This document shows, in pieces, positions 31,645 to 41,519 of a stretch of DNA of 64,000 nt. Source of the stretch: Nitrospirota bacterium (GTDB lineage Bacteria > Nitrospirota > Nitrospiria > Nitrospirales > Nitrospiraceae); assembly GCA_963703955.1 (NCBI GenBank), contig CAVPGK010000023.1:1-64000 (forward strand). The letters are read 5' to 3'. The position numbers and the translations under genes are program-made. Position 1 is the stretch's first letter. Every line of letters starts with the position of its first letter. A model generated the notes under the pieces. The model had not been told where the DNA came from. It did no database searches and saw nothing but the letters and a program-made list of their open reading frames with translations.

Positions 31645-33396
31645 TTACTTCACCTCTCCCTCAATCGAGAACGTGCCCTTGCCTTCATTTCTCACGACTT
31701 CAGTTCCAGGCGGAGCGGCGAAGATGGCGCCTCCTGCACCCAAATTGTCACCCTCCCCACCCCGGCCGCGCCAAGACGCGCCCCTTCCCAGACGAGCATC
31801 TTCCGAGTATGCGCGGTGCGCGAGCACTGAGGGCAACCCAGCCGCTCCCTCTCCTTTCTCAATGCTCGCCACGGCCGAGCCACGTTCCAATCGTTCGACC
31901 AACGCCTGTACCGATCCGTTCATGATATCCAGGAACGGCGCCGGGTAGAGGCCGATCCAGAAAATCATGATCGCAAGCGAGACCGCAACCACTTTTTCAC
32001 GTCGGTTCAGATCCGGACACGCCTGAATGCCCTCAGCCAGCGGCCCAAACATGGCTCGCTCGTAATACCACAGGAAATAGGCCGCGCCGAAGATCACCCC
32101 GGTCACTGCGATCGCGCCATAGAGCCAATGGGCTTTGAATGCGCCCAGCAAGATCAGAAACTCACCCACAAAGCCGTTGGTGCCGGGGAGGCCGATGGAG
32201 GCCAAGCCGATGATCAGAAGGAAGGTGGCGAGCAATGGGACCTGTTTCGCAAGTCCTCCAAAATCCGAGAGGCGATTGCTGTAGCGCCGCGAATAGAGGA
32301 ATCCGGCAATGAAGAACAGCCCCGCTGTGCTGAAACCGAGATTGATCATGGTGAGCAGGCTTCCCTGCAGTCCTTGAAAGTTGAGCGCAAAGAGTCCCAG
32401 CACCACGAATCCCAGGTGGCTGATGCTGCTGAACGCCAACAACCGGCGAAAGTCCGGCTGGATAAGAGCCACAATCGCCCCATAGACAATCGCGATCAAG
32501 GCCAGCGTCATCATGATCATGGTCACGCCATGGCTCTTGGACGCTTCCGGCAGCAGGGGAAGGCTGAATCGCATGAATCCGTAGGTTCCCAGCTTGATCC
32601 CCGCCAGTATGACGGCGACCCCAATTGGGCCTTCGACCAGCGCATCCGGCAACCAGGTATGAAACGGGAAGATCGGGGCCTTGAATGCCAAGCCAAAAAA
32701 GATCAACCAAAAGATCAATACTTGCTGCTCGACAGGAATCTTGACGGTCAGTAACTGCAAGAGATCAAACGTGTAGGGCGGCTCGATATGATGAACCACG
32801 GCCCATTCGTGATAGTTGAGATTCAGGAGCACAAATCCGACCAGCATGAACACGCTCCCTAAGAGCGTATACAGGACGTATTTCAACGCCGCATAGTGCC
32901 GCTCGACTCCGGTCCCCCACAGCTTGATCAAGAAATAACTCGGGATCAGCATCAATTCCCAGAAGACAAAAAACAGAATGAGATCGATGGCGACAAAGAT
33001 ACCCATCACGGTCGTTTCAAAGGCCAACAGGGCCATGAAATAGGCTTTGGCCTGATGACGAACCGTATCCCAGGAATAGAGGACGATCAGGATAGTCAGA
33101 AACGCCGTGAGGCCGACGAACAGGACGCTGATCCCGTCCACCGCTAGGTGGTAGTTAATTCCCAGGGCAGGAATCCATGCGATCCGCTCGGCAAACTGCA
33201 TCGCGGCCGACCCCGGCACAAAACGCAGCAGCACGATGCCGGCGAGAATCAATTCCAGGGCCGAAATCCCCACCGCGGCATTCTTGATAAGATCTTCATC
33301 GTCCAGCAGCCAAAGCAACATTGCTCCGACCAAGGGAAAAAACAGCAGGAGCGAGAGGATCGGGAAACCGAATGTCAGTTCTTCAAGCATGGTCAC
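31645..33396 (-). CDS. nuoM: NADH-quinone oxidoreductase subunit M (first copy), with repeat-derived C-terminal extension
   Basis: VDGIS, FWELMLIP, KAPIFPFHTWLPDA, GLPGTNGFVGE. Confidence 0.93.
   Translation of the reverse strand: MTMLEELTFGFPILSLLLFFPLVGAMLLWLLDDEDLIKNAAVGISALELILAGIVLLRFVPGSAAMQFAERIAWIPALGINYHLAVDGISVLFVGLTAFLTILIVLYSWDTVRHQAKAYFMALLAFETTVMGIFVAIDLILFFVFWELMLIPSYFLIKLWGTGVERHYAALKYVLYTLLGSVFMLVGFVLLNLNYHEWAVVHHIEPPYTFDLLQLLTVKIPVEQQVLIFWLIFFGLAFKAPIFPFHTWLPDALVEGPIGVAVILAGIKLGTYGFMRFSLPLLPEASKSHGVTMIMMTLALIAIVYGAIVALIQPDFRRLLAFSSISHLGFVVLGLFALNFQGLQGSLLTMINLGFSTAGLFFIAGFLYSRRYSNRLSDFGGLAKQVPLLATFLLIIGLASIGLPGTNGFVGEFLILLGAFKAHWLYGAIAVTGVIFGAAYFLWYYERAMFGPLAEGIQACPDLNRREKVVAVSLAIMIFWIGLYPAPFLDIMNGSVQALVERLERGSAVASIEKGEGAAGLPSVLAHRAYSEDARLGRGASWRGRGGEGDNLGAGGAIFAAPPGTEVVRNEGKGTFSIEGEVK
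31712..31848. repeat. MITE-like element inside the nuoM coding tail
   Basis: ggagcggc...gccgctcc terminal inverted repeat; internal similarity to the intergenic copy at 42071-42199. Confidence 0.6.
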
Positions 33397-33407
33397 TCTG
33401 CATCTTT

Positions 33408-33450
33408 CAGGATACTCAAAAAGGCCGGCTACACCCGCCCGCCCTAGGCG
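33408..33450. repeat. Truncated repeat end between nuoL and nuoM
   Basis: caggatactcaaaaaggcc...cacccgcccgccctaggcg resembles the left end of the 24584 element; a complementary end (ttttttcagcatcctgtta) sits at about 39722-39740. Confidence 0.45.
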
Positions 33451-33486
33451 CTATCTCATCCGCCGTTGGGCGTCCAAACACCCCGT

Positions 33487-35484
33487 CTACTTTAAGGCCA
33501 CCCCGATGGAGGCCGCCCCCGTCCACCACGCGAGAATCAAATGCACCAAGATGAATAATCCTGCGATGATAATGGCGGCATAGTGATGCACCATGCCGCT
33601 CTGGAGCTTGCGCCATGAGCGCGCCGCCAGGTGATTGCAATACCCGATGACGTTGAGGAATCCATAGATCACGTGTTTTTCAATCCAGGTGCTGGCCGAT
33701 GCGCCGGACTCCGTCAGACGCCCGACCCCCACCACGAGTCCATCAATGACGGTGCGGTCGAACCAATCCCAGACCATCCCGAGTCGTTTGGTCGGCTCGA
33801 CGATCACCATGTCATAGAACTCGTCGACATAATACTTATTGAGCAGCGTGGTATACGCGCCCGGCATCTGCGCCGACCATTTCGGGGCGGTATCCGGCCT
33901 GACGGCATAGAGATAATGGGCGAGCCCCCACCCGAGCAGGGCGATCACGGTCGCGACACCCATCAACATCAGGAGGAGCCCCACCCCTCCGTGCGACTCG
34001 CCTGATTCGGCGGGGTGGGCTACTGGATGGAGGAACGAATGGAACCACCCATTTTCAGGAGGGACCCCAGGAAACCCACCGACCACGGCCAACGCTGCGA
34101 GCACCACGAGAGGCCCGATCATGACCCCTGGGGACTCGTGGACATGAGCAGCCGTGTGTCGGTCCAGCCGAGACCGTCCGTAGAAGGTCAGGTACGTGAG
34201 CCGGAACATGTAGAAGGCGGTCAGAAAGGCGCCGATCGCCGCGAGAGCATACAGCGCGTAACGACCATGCATAAAGGCATGGGCCATGATCTCGTCCTTG
34301 CTGAAAAATCCCGCCAGCGGCGGAAATCCCGCAATCGCCAGCGTCCCGACCAGCATCGTCCACCACGTCGTCCGGATCTTCCCCTTCAACCCCCCCATCT
34401 TCCGCAGGTCCTGCTCGCCTCCCAGCGCATGGATCACACTGCCCGATCCCAAAAACAACAGCGCTTTGAAAAACGCATGCGTCATCAAATGAAAAATCCC
34501 CGCCGTAAACGCCCCCACCCCCAGCCCCAAAAACATGTATCCCAACTGGCTGACCGTCGAATAGGCCAGCACCCGCTTGATGTCGTTCTGCACCAGCCCA
34601 ATCGAGGCCGCAAACAGCGCCGTCAGCGCCCCCACCACCGCCACCGTCAGCATCGCCGCCGGCGCCAGCACGTACAACGCGTTGCAGCGCGCCACCATGT
34701 ACACCCCCGCCGTCACCATCGTCGCCGCATGGATCAGCGCACTGACCGGCGTCGGCCCTTCCATCGCGTCCGGCAACCAGACATACAGCGGCAACTGCGC
34801 CGACTTGCCCATCGCCCCGATCAGCAGGCACAACGCGATCGCGGTCGCCATCTCCGGCGACAACCGACTCGCCTGGGCCATCACCTGCGTATAGTCGAGC
34901 GTGCGGAAGTTGATGAAGACAAGAAAGATCGCGAGCAAAAATCCGGCGTCCCCGATCCGGTTGACGACGAAGGCCTTGGTGGCGGCCTTGGCGGCGGAGA
35001 CCCGATCATAGTAGTAACCGATCAATAAATAGGAGCAGAGTCCCACTCCCTCCCATCCGATGAAGAGGACAGCATAGTTGTTCCCCATCACCAGAAGGAG
35101 CATGGAAACCATGAACAGGTTCATGTACGTGAAGAAGCGCGTAAAGCCTTCTTCTCCATGCATGTATCCCACGGAATACAAATGAATCAGAAAGCCGACG
35201 CCGGTGACCACTAGTAGCATGATACAAGTGAGAGGATCGATGAGGAAGGCGAGGTTAATCGTCAGATCGCCGCCGAAGATCCAGCGGTAGGCTACGACTT
35301 CCCGCGCGGCGCCGGTCTGCAGCGTGTCGACAAACACGGCGATCGCCAGCAGAAACGAAAGGCCCACCGATCCCCACGCTAGACGATGCGCGACGTCGTG
35401 TGAGTATCGGTGCCCCAATAATCCGTTCAGCAGGACGGCTGCGAGCGGAAGCGCGGGGATGAGGATGACTAGAAGGTCGAACAC
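33487..35484 (-). CDS. nuoL: NADH-quinone oxidoreductase subunit L with lengthened lateral helix
   Basis: GWEGVGLCSYLLIG, GKSAQ.PL..WLPDAMEGPTPVSALIHAATMV, SKDEI. Confidence 0.96.
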   Translation of the reverse strand: MFDLLVILIPALPLAAVLLNGLLGHRYSHDVAHRLAWGSVGLSFLLAIAVFVDTLQTGAAREVVAYRWIFGGDLTINLAFLIDPLTCIMLLVVTGVGFLIHLYSVGYMHGEEGFTRFFTYMNLFMVSMLLLVMGNNYAVLFIGWEGVGLCSYLLIGYYYDRVSAAKAATKAFVVNRIGDAGFLLAIFLVFINFRTLDYTQVMAQASRLSPEMATAIALCLLIGAMGKSAQLPLYVWLPDAMEGPTPVSALIHAATMVTAGVYMVARCNALYVLAPAAMLTVAVVGALTALFAASIGLVQNDIKRVLAYSTVSQLGYMFLGLGVGAFTAGIFHLMTHAFFKALLFLGSGSVIHALGGEQDLRKMGGLKGKIRTTWWTMLVGTLAIAGFPPLAGFFSKDEIMAHAFMHGRYALYALAAIGAFLTAFYMFRLTYLTFYGRSRLDRHTAAHVHESPGVMIGPLVVLAALAVVGGFPGVPPENGWFHSFLHPVAHPAESGESHGGVGLLLMLMGVATVIALLGWGLAHYLYAVRPDTAPKWSAQMPGAYTTLLNKYYVDEFYDMVIVEPTKRLGMVWDWFDRTVIDGLVVGVGRLTESGASASTWIEKHVIYGFLNVIGYCNHLAARSWRKLQSGMVHHYAAIIIAGLFILVHLILAWWTGAASIGVALK

Positions 35485-35485
35485 A

Positions 35486-35788
35486 TTACCACTTCAACAG
35501 GTTCATTTCGTCGACGTTGGTGGAAATTTTCCCGCGGAAGACGACGATGATGATGGCGAGCCCGACCGCCGCTTCTCCGGCCGCAATGGCAATCACGAAC
35601 AGCGCCACGATCTGGCCCGTCATCGATTCCAGGTAATGCGAAAAGGCTACCAGGTTGATGTTGGCCGCATTCAACATGATCTCCACCGCCATGAGCACGA
35701 TGATGAAATTTCGGCGGATCAACACACCGATCAGGCCGGTGACGAACAGGATCGCACTCACAGCCACGTATGCAGAGAGAGGAATCAT
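35486..35788 (-). CDS. nuoK: NADH-quinone oxidoreductase subunit K
   Basis: RRN...LM.VEIMLNA, AAGEAAVGLA. Confidence 0.96.
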   Translation of the reverse strand: MIPLSAYVAVSAILFVTGLIGVLIRRNFIIVLMAVEIMLNAANINLVAFSHYLESMTGQIVALFVIAIAAGEAAVGLAIIIVVFRGKISTNVDEMNLLKW

Positions 35789-35837
35789 GGATTTACAACA
35801 AGCTCTTAGCGATCAGCAGTCAGCGATGAGCTTCATC

Positions 35838-36359
35838 TCACTCCTGCTCTGCATCTGCGGTCGTCGGGGTCTTGGCCAGCACGATGGCCCCGATAATGGC
35901 GCCCAGCAAGAAGATCCCGACGATTTCGAACGGAAGCAGATATTCGCCGAACATCTTGATGCCGACGGCGTAGCTTGCGCCGTTTTGCAGGATCGCCTCA
36001 GCCGGCGCATCCCCCTTTGATCCGCCGAAGGGGGACCGCACGACCAGCAGCAGCAATTCAGCGCAGACCGCGACCGCTGCAAATAACATGATTGCGTATC
36101 GAGAATGTAGGTATCGTTCATCCGACTTCAGATTCAAGAGCATGAGCACAAAGAGATAGAGGACCAAGATAGCGCCGGCGTACACAATGATCTGGACGGC
36201 GAATAGAAACTCCGCATTCAGCAACACAAAGAGGCCTGCGACGTGGAGGAGAAGGGTCAGCAGCGCGAGGCCGCAGTGGACGGGATTTCTCAGCGCGACG
36301 GTGAACACCCCTGCGAGGATGCTTACTACGGAAAAATACGCGAAGAAGATCGGACCCAT
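35838..36359 (-). CDS. nuoJ: NADH-quinone oxidoreductase subunit J
   Basis: NPVH, AEFL..VQIIVYAGAI, YLLPFE. Confidence 0.95.
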   Translation of the reverse strand: MGPIFFAYFSVVSILAGVFTVALRNPVHCGLALLTLLLHVAGLFVLLNAEFLFAVQIIVYAGAILVLYLFVLMLLNLKSDERYLHSRYAIMLFAAVAVCAELLLLVVRSPFGGSKGDAPAEAILQNGASYAVGIKMFGEYLLPFEIVGIFLLGAIIGAIVLAKTPTTADAEQE

Positions 36360-36369
36360 CTCTTTACAA

Positions 36370-36960
36370 TCAAGTCAGATGCTTGGGCGGTACGGGCTGC
36401 GTGGGCTTTAACACCGACTGAGGGAAGAAGTATCGGTAGTCGCGACTATCCTGACTGTTTGTTTCCTGATTATGAGCGTACAGGTATCTCTTCGCGTCAT
36501 CGAGATGGCGCTCACCGATCTCATACAGCCGTTTCTTGTCAAACAAGAGCGTCCGCTTGTCGTGCGTGGAATATTCGTACATCTTGGTCATGGCCAGCGC
36601 ATTCACCGGACAGGCTTCCACGCAGTACCCGCAAAAAACACACTTCGTAATGTCGATGTAGAACTCACTGGCATAGCGTTGCAGCGGGAGCGACTTGTCT
36701 TCCTCGCTGATCACCTTGATACAGTGGGAGGGACACGCCGCCTCGCATAGATCGCAACCCACGCACCGTTCGCGACCATCGTCATAGCGCAACAGCCCCA
36801 ATGCTCCGCGATGAGCGTCGGGGATGGTCCGCTGTTCGCGAGGATACTGAAACGTGATCGGACGATGAAACATGTGCTTGAAGGTGACCTTCATCGCATC
36901 CCAGATCTCGTAAAAGAGGGCGGCGTGCAACAGCTTCTTGACCAGGGCGCCAACGCTCAT
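36370..36960 (-). CDS. nuoI: NADH-quinone oxidoreductase subunit I
   Basis: Two 4Fe-4S motifs CVGCDLCEAACP and CVFCGYCVEACP. Confidence 0.95.
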   Translation of the reverse strand: MSVGALVKKLLHAALFYEIWDAMKVTFKHMFHRPITFQYPREQRTIPDAHRGALGLLRYDDGRERCVGCDLCEAACPSHCIKVISEEDKSLPLQRYASEFYIDITKCVFCGYCVEACPVNALAMTKMYEYSTHDKRTLLFDKKRLYEIGERHLDDAKRYLYAHNQETNSQDSRDYRYFFPQSVLKPTQPVPPKHLT

Positions 36961-36981
36961 GATCGCTCCCGCAAAATCTCG

Positions 36982-39672
36982 TCAGACTTTCTCGATAGTC
37001 GCCGATGCCTGTTTGAAATACGGCACTCCGGTTGTCCCGTCTATCTCGACCGGCATGAGGTCCTTGACCGGAGGCTCATTGAAGTGCTCGGGAAAGAAGC
37101 AGGCGCCCGGCAGTAAGGCAAGATCGCTTTGGACACCCATTTCCAATGACCCTCTGTCGGTGGTGACCCGAACACGCACGCTTTCACTGAGTCCCATGCG
37201 CTCCATATCCTGTACATTCATGTGCAGGCGGCCGGTGTTCGGGGAGATTCTCACGAGCCCAGAAGCCTGCGTCGAAAGTTTTCCTGAATGGTAAAGCACC
37301 TGGCCCAACGACAGCGCGAACCGATCCTGCTTCGCGGGCTTTCGATCGATTCGATACCGCACCTTCACATCGCCTGTGTTTCCGTGAGCCGGATACGCGT
37401 CCGGTCTCAGAGCCATCTTGCGCGGCTGGCCCAGGTTGTAGTAGCCCGGTAACAGCTTCATGATCTCGCTTTGGATATCTTGCGGGGACTCATACTCAAA
37501 CGGGAATCCCAACCCGCTGGCCACCGCCGTCATGATGTGCCAATCGGGGAGACTATCACCGACCGGATCCATAGTCTGTCTGATCCGCAAGACCCGACCC
37601 TCAAGATTCGTGAAGGTCCCATCCTTTTCCGCATAGGTGCATGCCGGGAGCACGATGTGAGCCATCTGGGCGGTCTCGGTAAGGAACGGGTCCTGGCAAA
37701 TCAACAACTCAAGCCTTCCCAGAGCTTCCTTCACCTCCAGAGACGCGGGCAAGGTGGCAAGCGGGTTTTCCCCGATCACATATAGGGCCTTGATCTTCCC
37801 GTTCCGGCAACGCTTGATAATTTCCATCAGATTGGCGCCGCTTCCGACGGGTGGTAGATCCGCCCCCCACGCTTTGGCGAATCGATCGCGCGCGGCCTCG
37901 CTATCAAAGGGGGCTTGCCCCGGAAGGAACTCGGGGGCCACTCCCATATCCACGGCACCCTGCTCGTTGACTTCCTCGGTCACGGTGTTCACCCCGCAAC
38001 CGGGACGCCCCAATTTCCCGGTGATCCACGCCAGATCGATTAGGTCCAGCACCCGATCGTAACCGCCGGGTCGGCGAACCACGCCTTCGGCGCACAGAAT
38101 AATCGCGCGCGGCGTTTCGGCAAAAATCGCGGCGACCTCACGAATTCGGTCCACGGCAATCCCGGTTTCGGCGGCGATGGCATCGAGCGAAAGCCCGGCG
38201 ACGGCCTGCTTAAGCGCTGAAAAGGCCTCTGGATGCTTGGCCGTTGTGTCTGCATCGACGAGGTCCTGGTCCAGGACGGATTTTACCAAGCCTTGAACAA
38301 ACAGCCCTTCAGTGCCCGGCCGTACCATCATCGGATGTGACGCCAGCTTGGCAATGTTCGTTTGAGCCGAATCCACGACGATCACTTGCGACTGATAGAT
38401 CCGAATCGCATCCTTGACCCGAACGGCCGTCAGTGGATTGGTCTCGGTGATATTGGTGCCCACGAGAAGGATCGCTTTGGCTTTGGTGATGTCTTCCCAG
38501 TCGTTCATCATCCGGCCGATGCCTAACGCGTGCTGAACGGCGCGAACGAAATTGATGTGGCCATAGCGAGCGCTACTGTCCAATTGATTGGTGCCGATAG
38601 CGACTCGCATGAGCTTTTGAAACAGATACAGTTCCTCATTGCTGCATCGGGCCGTCATCAATCCGGCAATGGCCTGAGGACCATGTTGCGCCTTGATCTC
38701 CGTCAAGCGATCCACCATCGCATGCACCGTTTCAAGCCACGGCGTCTCGACAAGAATCCCGTCACGGCGAGTCAGGGGCTGCTGAAGGCGGGCCTTGCTA
38801 TCGATATATTCGAATCCGAATCGCCCGCGCACGCAGATGCCCCCATGGCCCTTTGCCGTCTCGGTCCGATCCCCCCATTTATTCTTCCAGGAGAGCGGGG
38901 AAGTGACGCGGACCACTTCTCGATCCTTTGTTTCGATGTACATTTGGCAGCCGTCACCGCAGTAATTGCAGGTGGTCGTCGTTTTCTTCAACTGCCACGG
39001 CTTGTAGAGGTACTTGGAAAGCTTGTTCGTAATCGCACCGACCGGGCAGACCGCGAGGCAATCGCCGCAAAACTCACAGGAGAGTGCCACGTCTCCCTTG
39101 GCGACAACCTGGGTAAAGCCGCCCTTCTTCGCGAATTGCAAAGCGTCGATCATCAACACGTCTTTGCAGATGTTGATGCACTCGCCGCAGGCAATGCACC
39201 GGTTCATATTGAAATCAAGCACCGGGCTTCGCGTATCTTCCGGAATGAGCTTTTGCTTCGCATTCGCCAGATTCGTCACCTGGTGCGAGAAGGCCATGTC
39301 TTGAAGTTCGCAATGCCCATCGGCGTCACACACCGGACAGTCCAAAGGATGGACAGAAAGATGTTTCTCCACCGCTTTCTTCCTAGCCAGAAATAGATCT
39401 TCGCCTTCCGTTCTGACCACCATGCCGGCCGTGGCCTTGGCGGTGCAGGATCGCACCGGCGCTTTTTTCCCTTCGACCATGACCAGACACATCCCACACG
39501 ACCCGAAAGGATCAAACGTGTAGTGGTAGCACATGGCCGGGACGATCTTGCCTGTGCTGGAAATCACGTCATACAGCGAGACGCCATCCTTGGACGTCAC
39601 TGTGCGGCCATCGATGGATAATTCGACGGAGGCGGCCTCAGTATCGGGAGTGGTGACGGGTTTCAACGCCAT
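36982..39672 (-). CDS. nuoG: NADH-quinone oxidoreductase subunit G (long, molybdopterin-oxidoreductase-like C-terminus)
   Basis: 2Fe-2S (C...GSCGMC), HPLDCPVCD..G.C, CIACGEC, CEFCGDC..VCP, CNYCGDGC. Confidence 0.9.
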   Translation of the reverse strand: MALKPVTTPDTEAASVELSIDGRTVTSKDGVSLYDVISSTGKIVPAMCYHYTFDPFGSCGMCLVMVEGKKAPVRSCTAKATAGMVVRTEGEDLFLARKKAVEKHLSVHPLDCPVCDADGHCELQDMAFSHQVTNLANAKQKLIPEDTRSPVLDFNMNRCIACGECINICKDVLMIDALQFAKKGGFTQVVAKGDVALSCEFCGDCLAVCPVGAITNKLSKYLYKPWQLKKTTTTCNYCGDGCQMYIETKDREVVRVTSPLSWKNKWGDRTETAKGHGGICVRGRFGFEYIDSKARLQQPLTRRDGILVETPWLETVHAMVDRLTEIKAQHGPQAIAGLMTARCSNEELYLFQKLMRVAIGTNQLDSSARYGHINFVRAVQHALGIGRMMNDWEDITKAKAILLVGTNITETNPLTAVRVKDAIRIYQSQVIVVDSAQTNIAKLASHPMMVRPGTEGLFVQGLVKSVLDQDLVDADTTAKHPEAFSALKQAVAGLSLDAIAAETGIAVDRIREVAAIFAETPRAIILCAEGVVRRPGGYDRVLDLIDLAWITGKLGRPGCGVNTVTEEVNEQGAVDMGVAPEFLPGQAPFDSEAARDRFAKAWGADLPPVGSGANLMEIIKRCRNGKIKALYVIGENPLATLPASLEVKEALGRLELLICQDPFLTETAQMAHIVLPACTYAEKDGTFTNLEGRVLRIRQTMDPVGDSLPDWHIMTAVASGLGFPFEYESPQDIQSEIMKLLPGYYNLGQPRKMALRPDAYPAHGNTGDVKVRYRIDRKPAKQDRFALSLGQVLYHSGKLSTQASGLVRISPNTGRLHMNVQDMERMGLSESVRVRVTTDRGSLEMGVQSDLALLPGACFFPEHFNEPPVKDLMPVEIDGTTGVPYFKQASATIEKV

Positions 39673-39737
39673 TCTTTACACCTCGGAATTTCTTTATTAT
39701 GAACTATGCTTTCTGCAGGCTTTTTTTCAGCATCCTG

Positions 39738-41006
39738 TTACCGATCGCATTCGCCCATCACAATATCATACGTCCCAAAAATCGTGACCGCATCCGCGAT
39801 CATGTAGCCTCGCGACATGTGGTCAAACGCGCCCATATGGATGAAGGACGGGGCGCGAATTTTGAGTCGGTAAGGCTTGCCTCCGCCCGTGCTGACGATA
39901 TAGAAGCCCAGCTCACCCTTGTGGGCTTCCGTCCCGCAATAGATCTCGCCCGGAGGCGCGTTGAATCCTTGCGAGAATAACTTGAACTGCTGGATCATCG
40001 ATTCCAGGTTGGTGAATACGCGTTCTTTGGGGGGGAAAGTGACGCTGGGCACTTCCGCCATGATCGGTCCTTCGGCCGGCATCTGATCCAGACACTGCTG
40101 GATAATTTTCACGCTCTCGCGCATCTCCTCCACGCGGATCCAGTACCGATCGTAGGTGTCCCCGTTCTTGCCGACGGGCACGCTGAATTCGCATTTCGGA
40201 TACGCGCCGTACGCCTCATATTTCCGCAGATCGTAATCGACCCCCGACCCTCGCAACGTCGGACCGCTCAGACCGAAACTCACCGCATCTTCCGCCGAGA
40301 TCACCGCCACGCCCTTCGTCCGGGAGATCCAGATTCGGTTTTTTTCCAAGAAGACGACGTACTCATCGATCTTCGGAGGGAAATAGGCGAGAAATTGGCG
40401 GAGCTTCTGGAGCAACGACGGGGTGAAATCCCGCTCGATCCCTCCGATCCGATACCAACTGGTGGTCAAGCGCGCGCCGCACAACTCATCGAACCAATCG
40501 AGCAAGATCTCACGGTCTCTGAACGTATAGAAGAAGACCGTCATCGCCCCGATGTCCAAGGCCTGCGTGCCCAACCAGAATTGGTGGCCGATAATGCGCT
40601 GCACTTCCGCCACGATGGTCCGCAGGTACTCCGCACGCTCCGGCACGGTGATGTTCATGAGCTTCTCGACGGCGCGACAATAGGCGAAATTGTTATACAT
40701 CGCGCAGACATAATCCAACCGATCGGTGTGGGGGATAAATTGGTGGTACGTCCCCTCCTCAGCGAGCTTCTCCACGCCTCGATGGAGAAATCCCATGACG
40801 GGCGTCGATTTCACCAGCCGCTCGCCTTCAAGCTCCAACACGACTTTGAGCACGCCGTGGGTGCTGGGATGCTGAGGTCCCATGTTGAGCAGTAATTCTT
40901 CGGTCCGAAGCGTCGGCAAGGTGGCGCTTTCGGGGTGCTCCGGGTCTACTTTGTAGACTGTCGTGCGCTGGTCTTGGAGGGGCTGCTGCGTCACGGACTT
41001 CTTCAC
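39738..41006 (-). CDS. nuoD: NADH-quinone oxidoreductase subunit D
   Basis: NMGPQHPSTHGVL, GFLHRGVEK, DRLDY, terminal GECDR. Confidence 0.96.
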   Translation of the reverse strand: MKKSVTQQPLQDQRTTVYKVDPEHPESATLPTLRTEELLLNMGPQHPSTHGVLKVVLELEGERLVKSTPVMGFLHRGVEKLAEEGTYHQFIPHTDRLDYVCAMYNNFAYCRAVEKLMNITVPERAEYLRTIVAEVQRIIGHQFWLGTQALDIGAMTVFFYTFRDREILLDWFDELCGARLTTSWYRIGGIERDFTPSLLQKLRQFLAYFPPKIDEYVVFLEKNRIWISRTKGVAVISAEDAVSFGLSGPTLRGSGVDYDLRKYEAYGAYPKCEFSVPVGKNGDTYDRYWIRVEEMRESVKIIQQCLDQMPAEGPIMAEVPSVTFPPKERVFTNLESMIQQFKLFSQGFNAPPGEIYCGTEAHKGELGFYIVSTGGGKPYRLKIRAPSFIHMGAFDHMSRGYMIADAVTIFGTYDIVMGECDR

Positions 41007-41007
41007 G

Positions 41008-41505
41008 CTACTGGCTCCTCTCGTTCAAGAATTCAAACGTGTCACGCCAACCTTTCCCCTGCAACGGAAAATCCTTCCTGAGCGGATAGCCTTCCGCGTA
41101 GTCGTCCGGCATCAGGATGCGGCGAAGATCGGGGTGATTGCGGAACCGAATCCCCATCATGTCATAGACTTCCCGCTCCATGAAATCCGCGCCCTTCCAG
41201 ATGTCAGTGAGGGAATCTACGATGCAATCCGCTTCAGGGACACGCGTCTTCAATCTTACGCGATGGCGCTTCCGAATCGAATAGAACTCGTACACGACCT
41301 CAAATCGCTCTTCGTCATCCGGCCAATCCACGGAGCTGACATGAACGATATAGTCGAAATCCAGCTCGGGTTCGTCATGAAGATAGCGCGCCACCTCGTG
41401 CAAGAAATCTCGCGTGACGGTGACCGCTACATCTCCGCGCCACTCGACCGCCTTGACGAAAGCTTTCGGATACTCTTGTTGGACACGTTCGGCGACCGGG
41501 TGCAT
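41008..41505 (-). CDS. nuoC: NADH-quinone oxidoreductase subunit C
   Basis: EREVYDMMGI.F.NHPDLRRIL, PLRKDFP. Confidence 0.96.
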   Translation of the reverse strand: MHPVAERVQQEYPKAFVKAVEWRGDVAVTVTRDFLHEVARYLHDEPELDFDYIVHVSSVDWPDDEERFEVVYEFYSIRKRHRVRLKTRVPEADCIVDSLTDIWKGADFMEREVYDMMGIRFRNHPDLRRILMPDDYAEGYPLRKDFPLQGKGWRDTFEFLNERSQ

Positions 41506-41519
41506 CCGACAGCTCCGCG

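Noticed and set aside
34015..35028. 337-aa + strand ORF (likewise 11481-12368 and 38530-39396)
   Set aside because: Antisense shadows of nuoL, mfd and nuoG caused by GC-rich codon bias; no motifs
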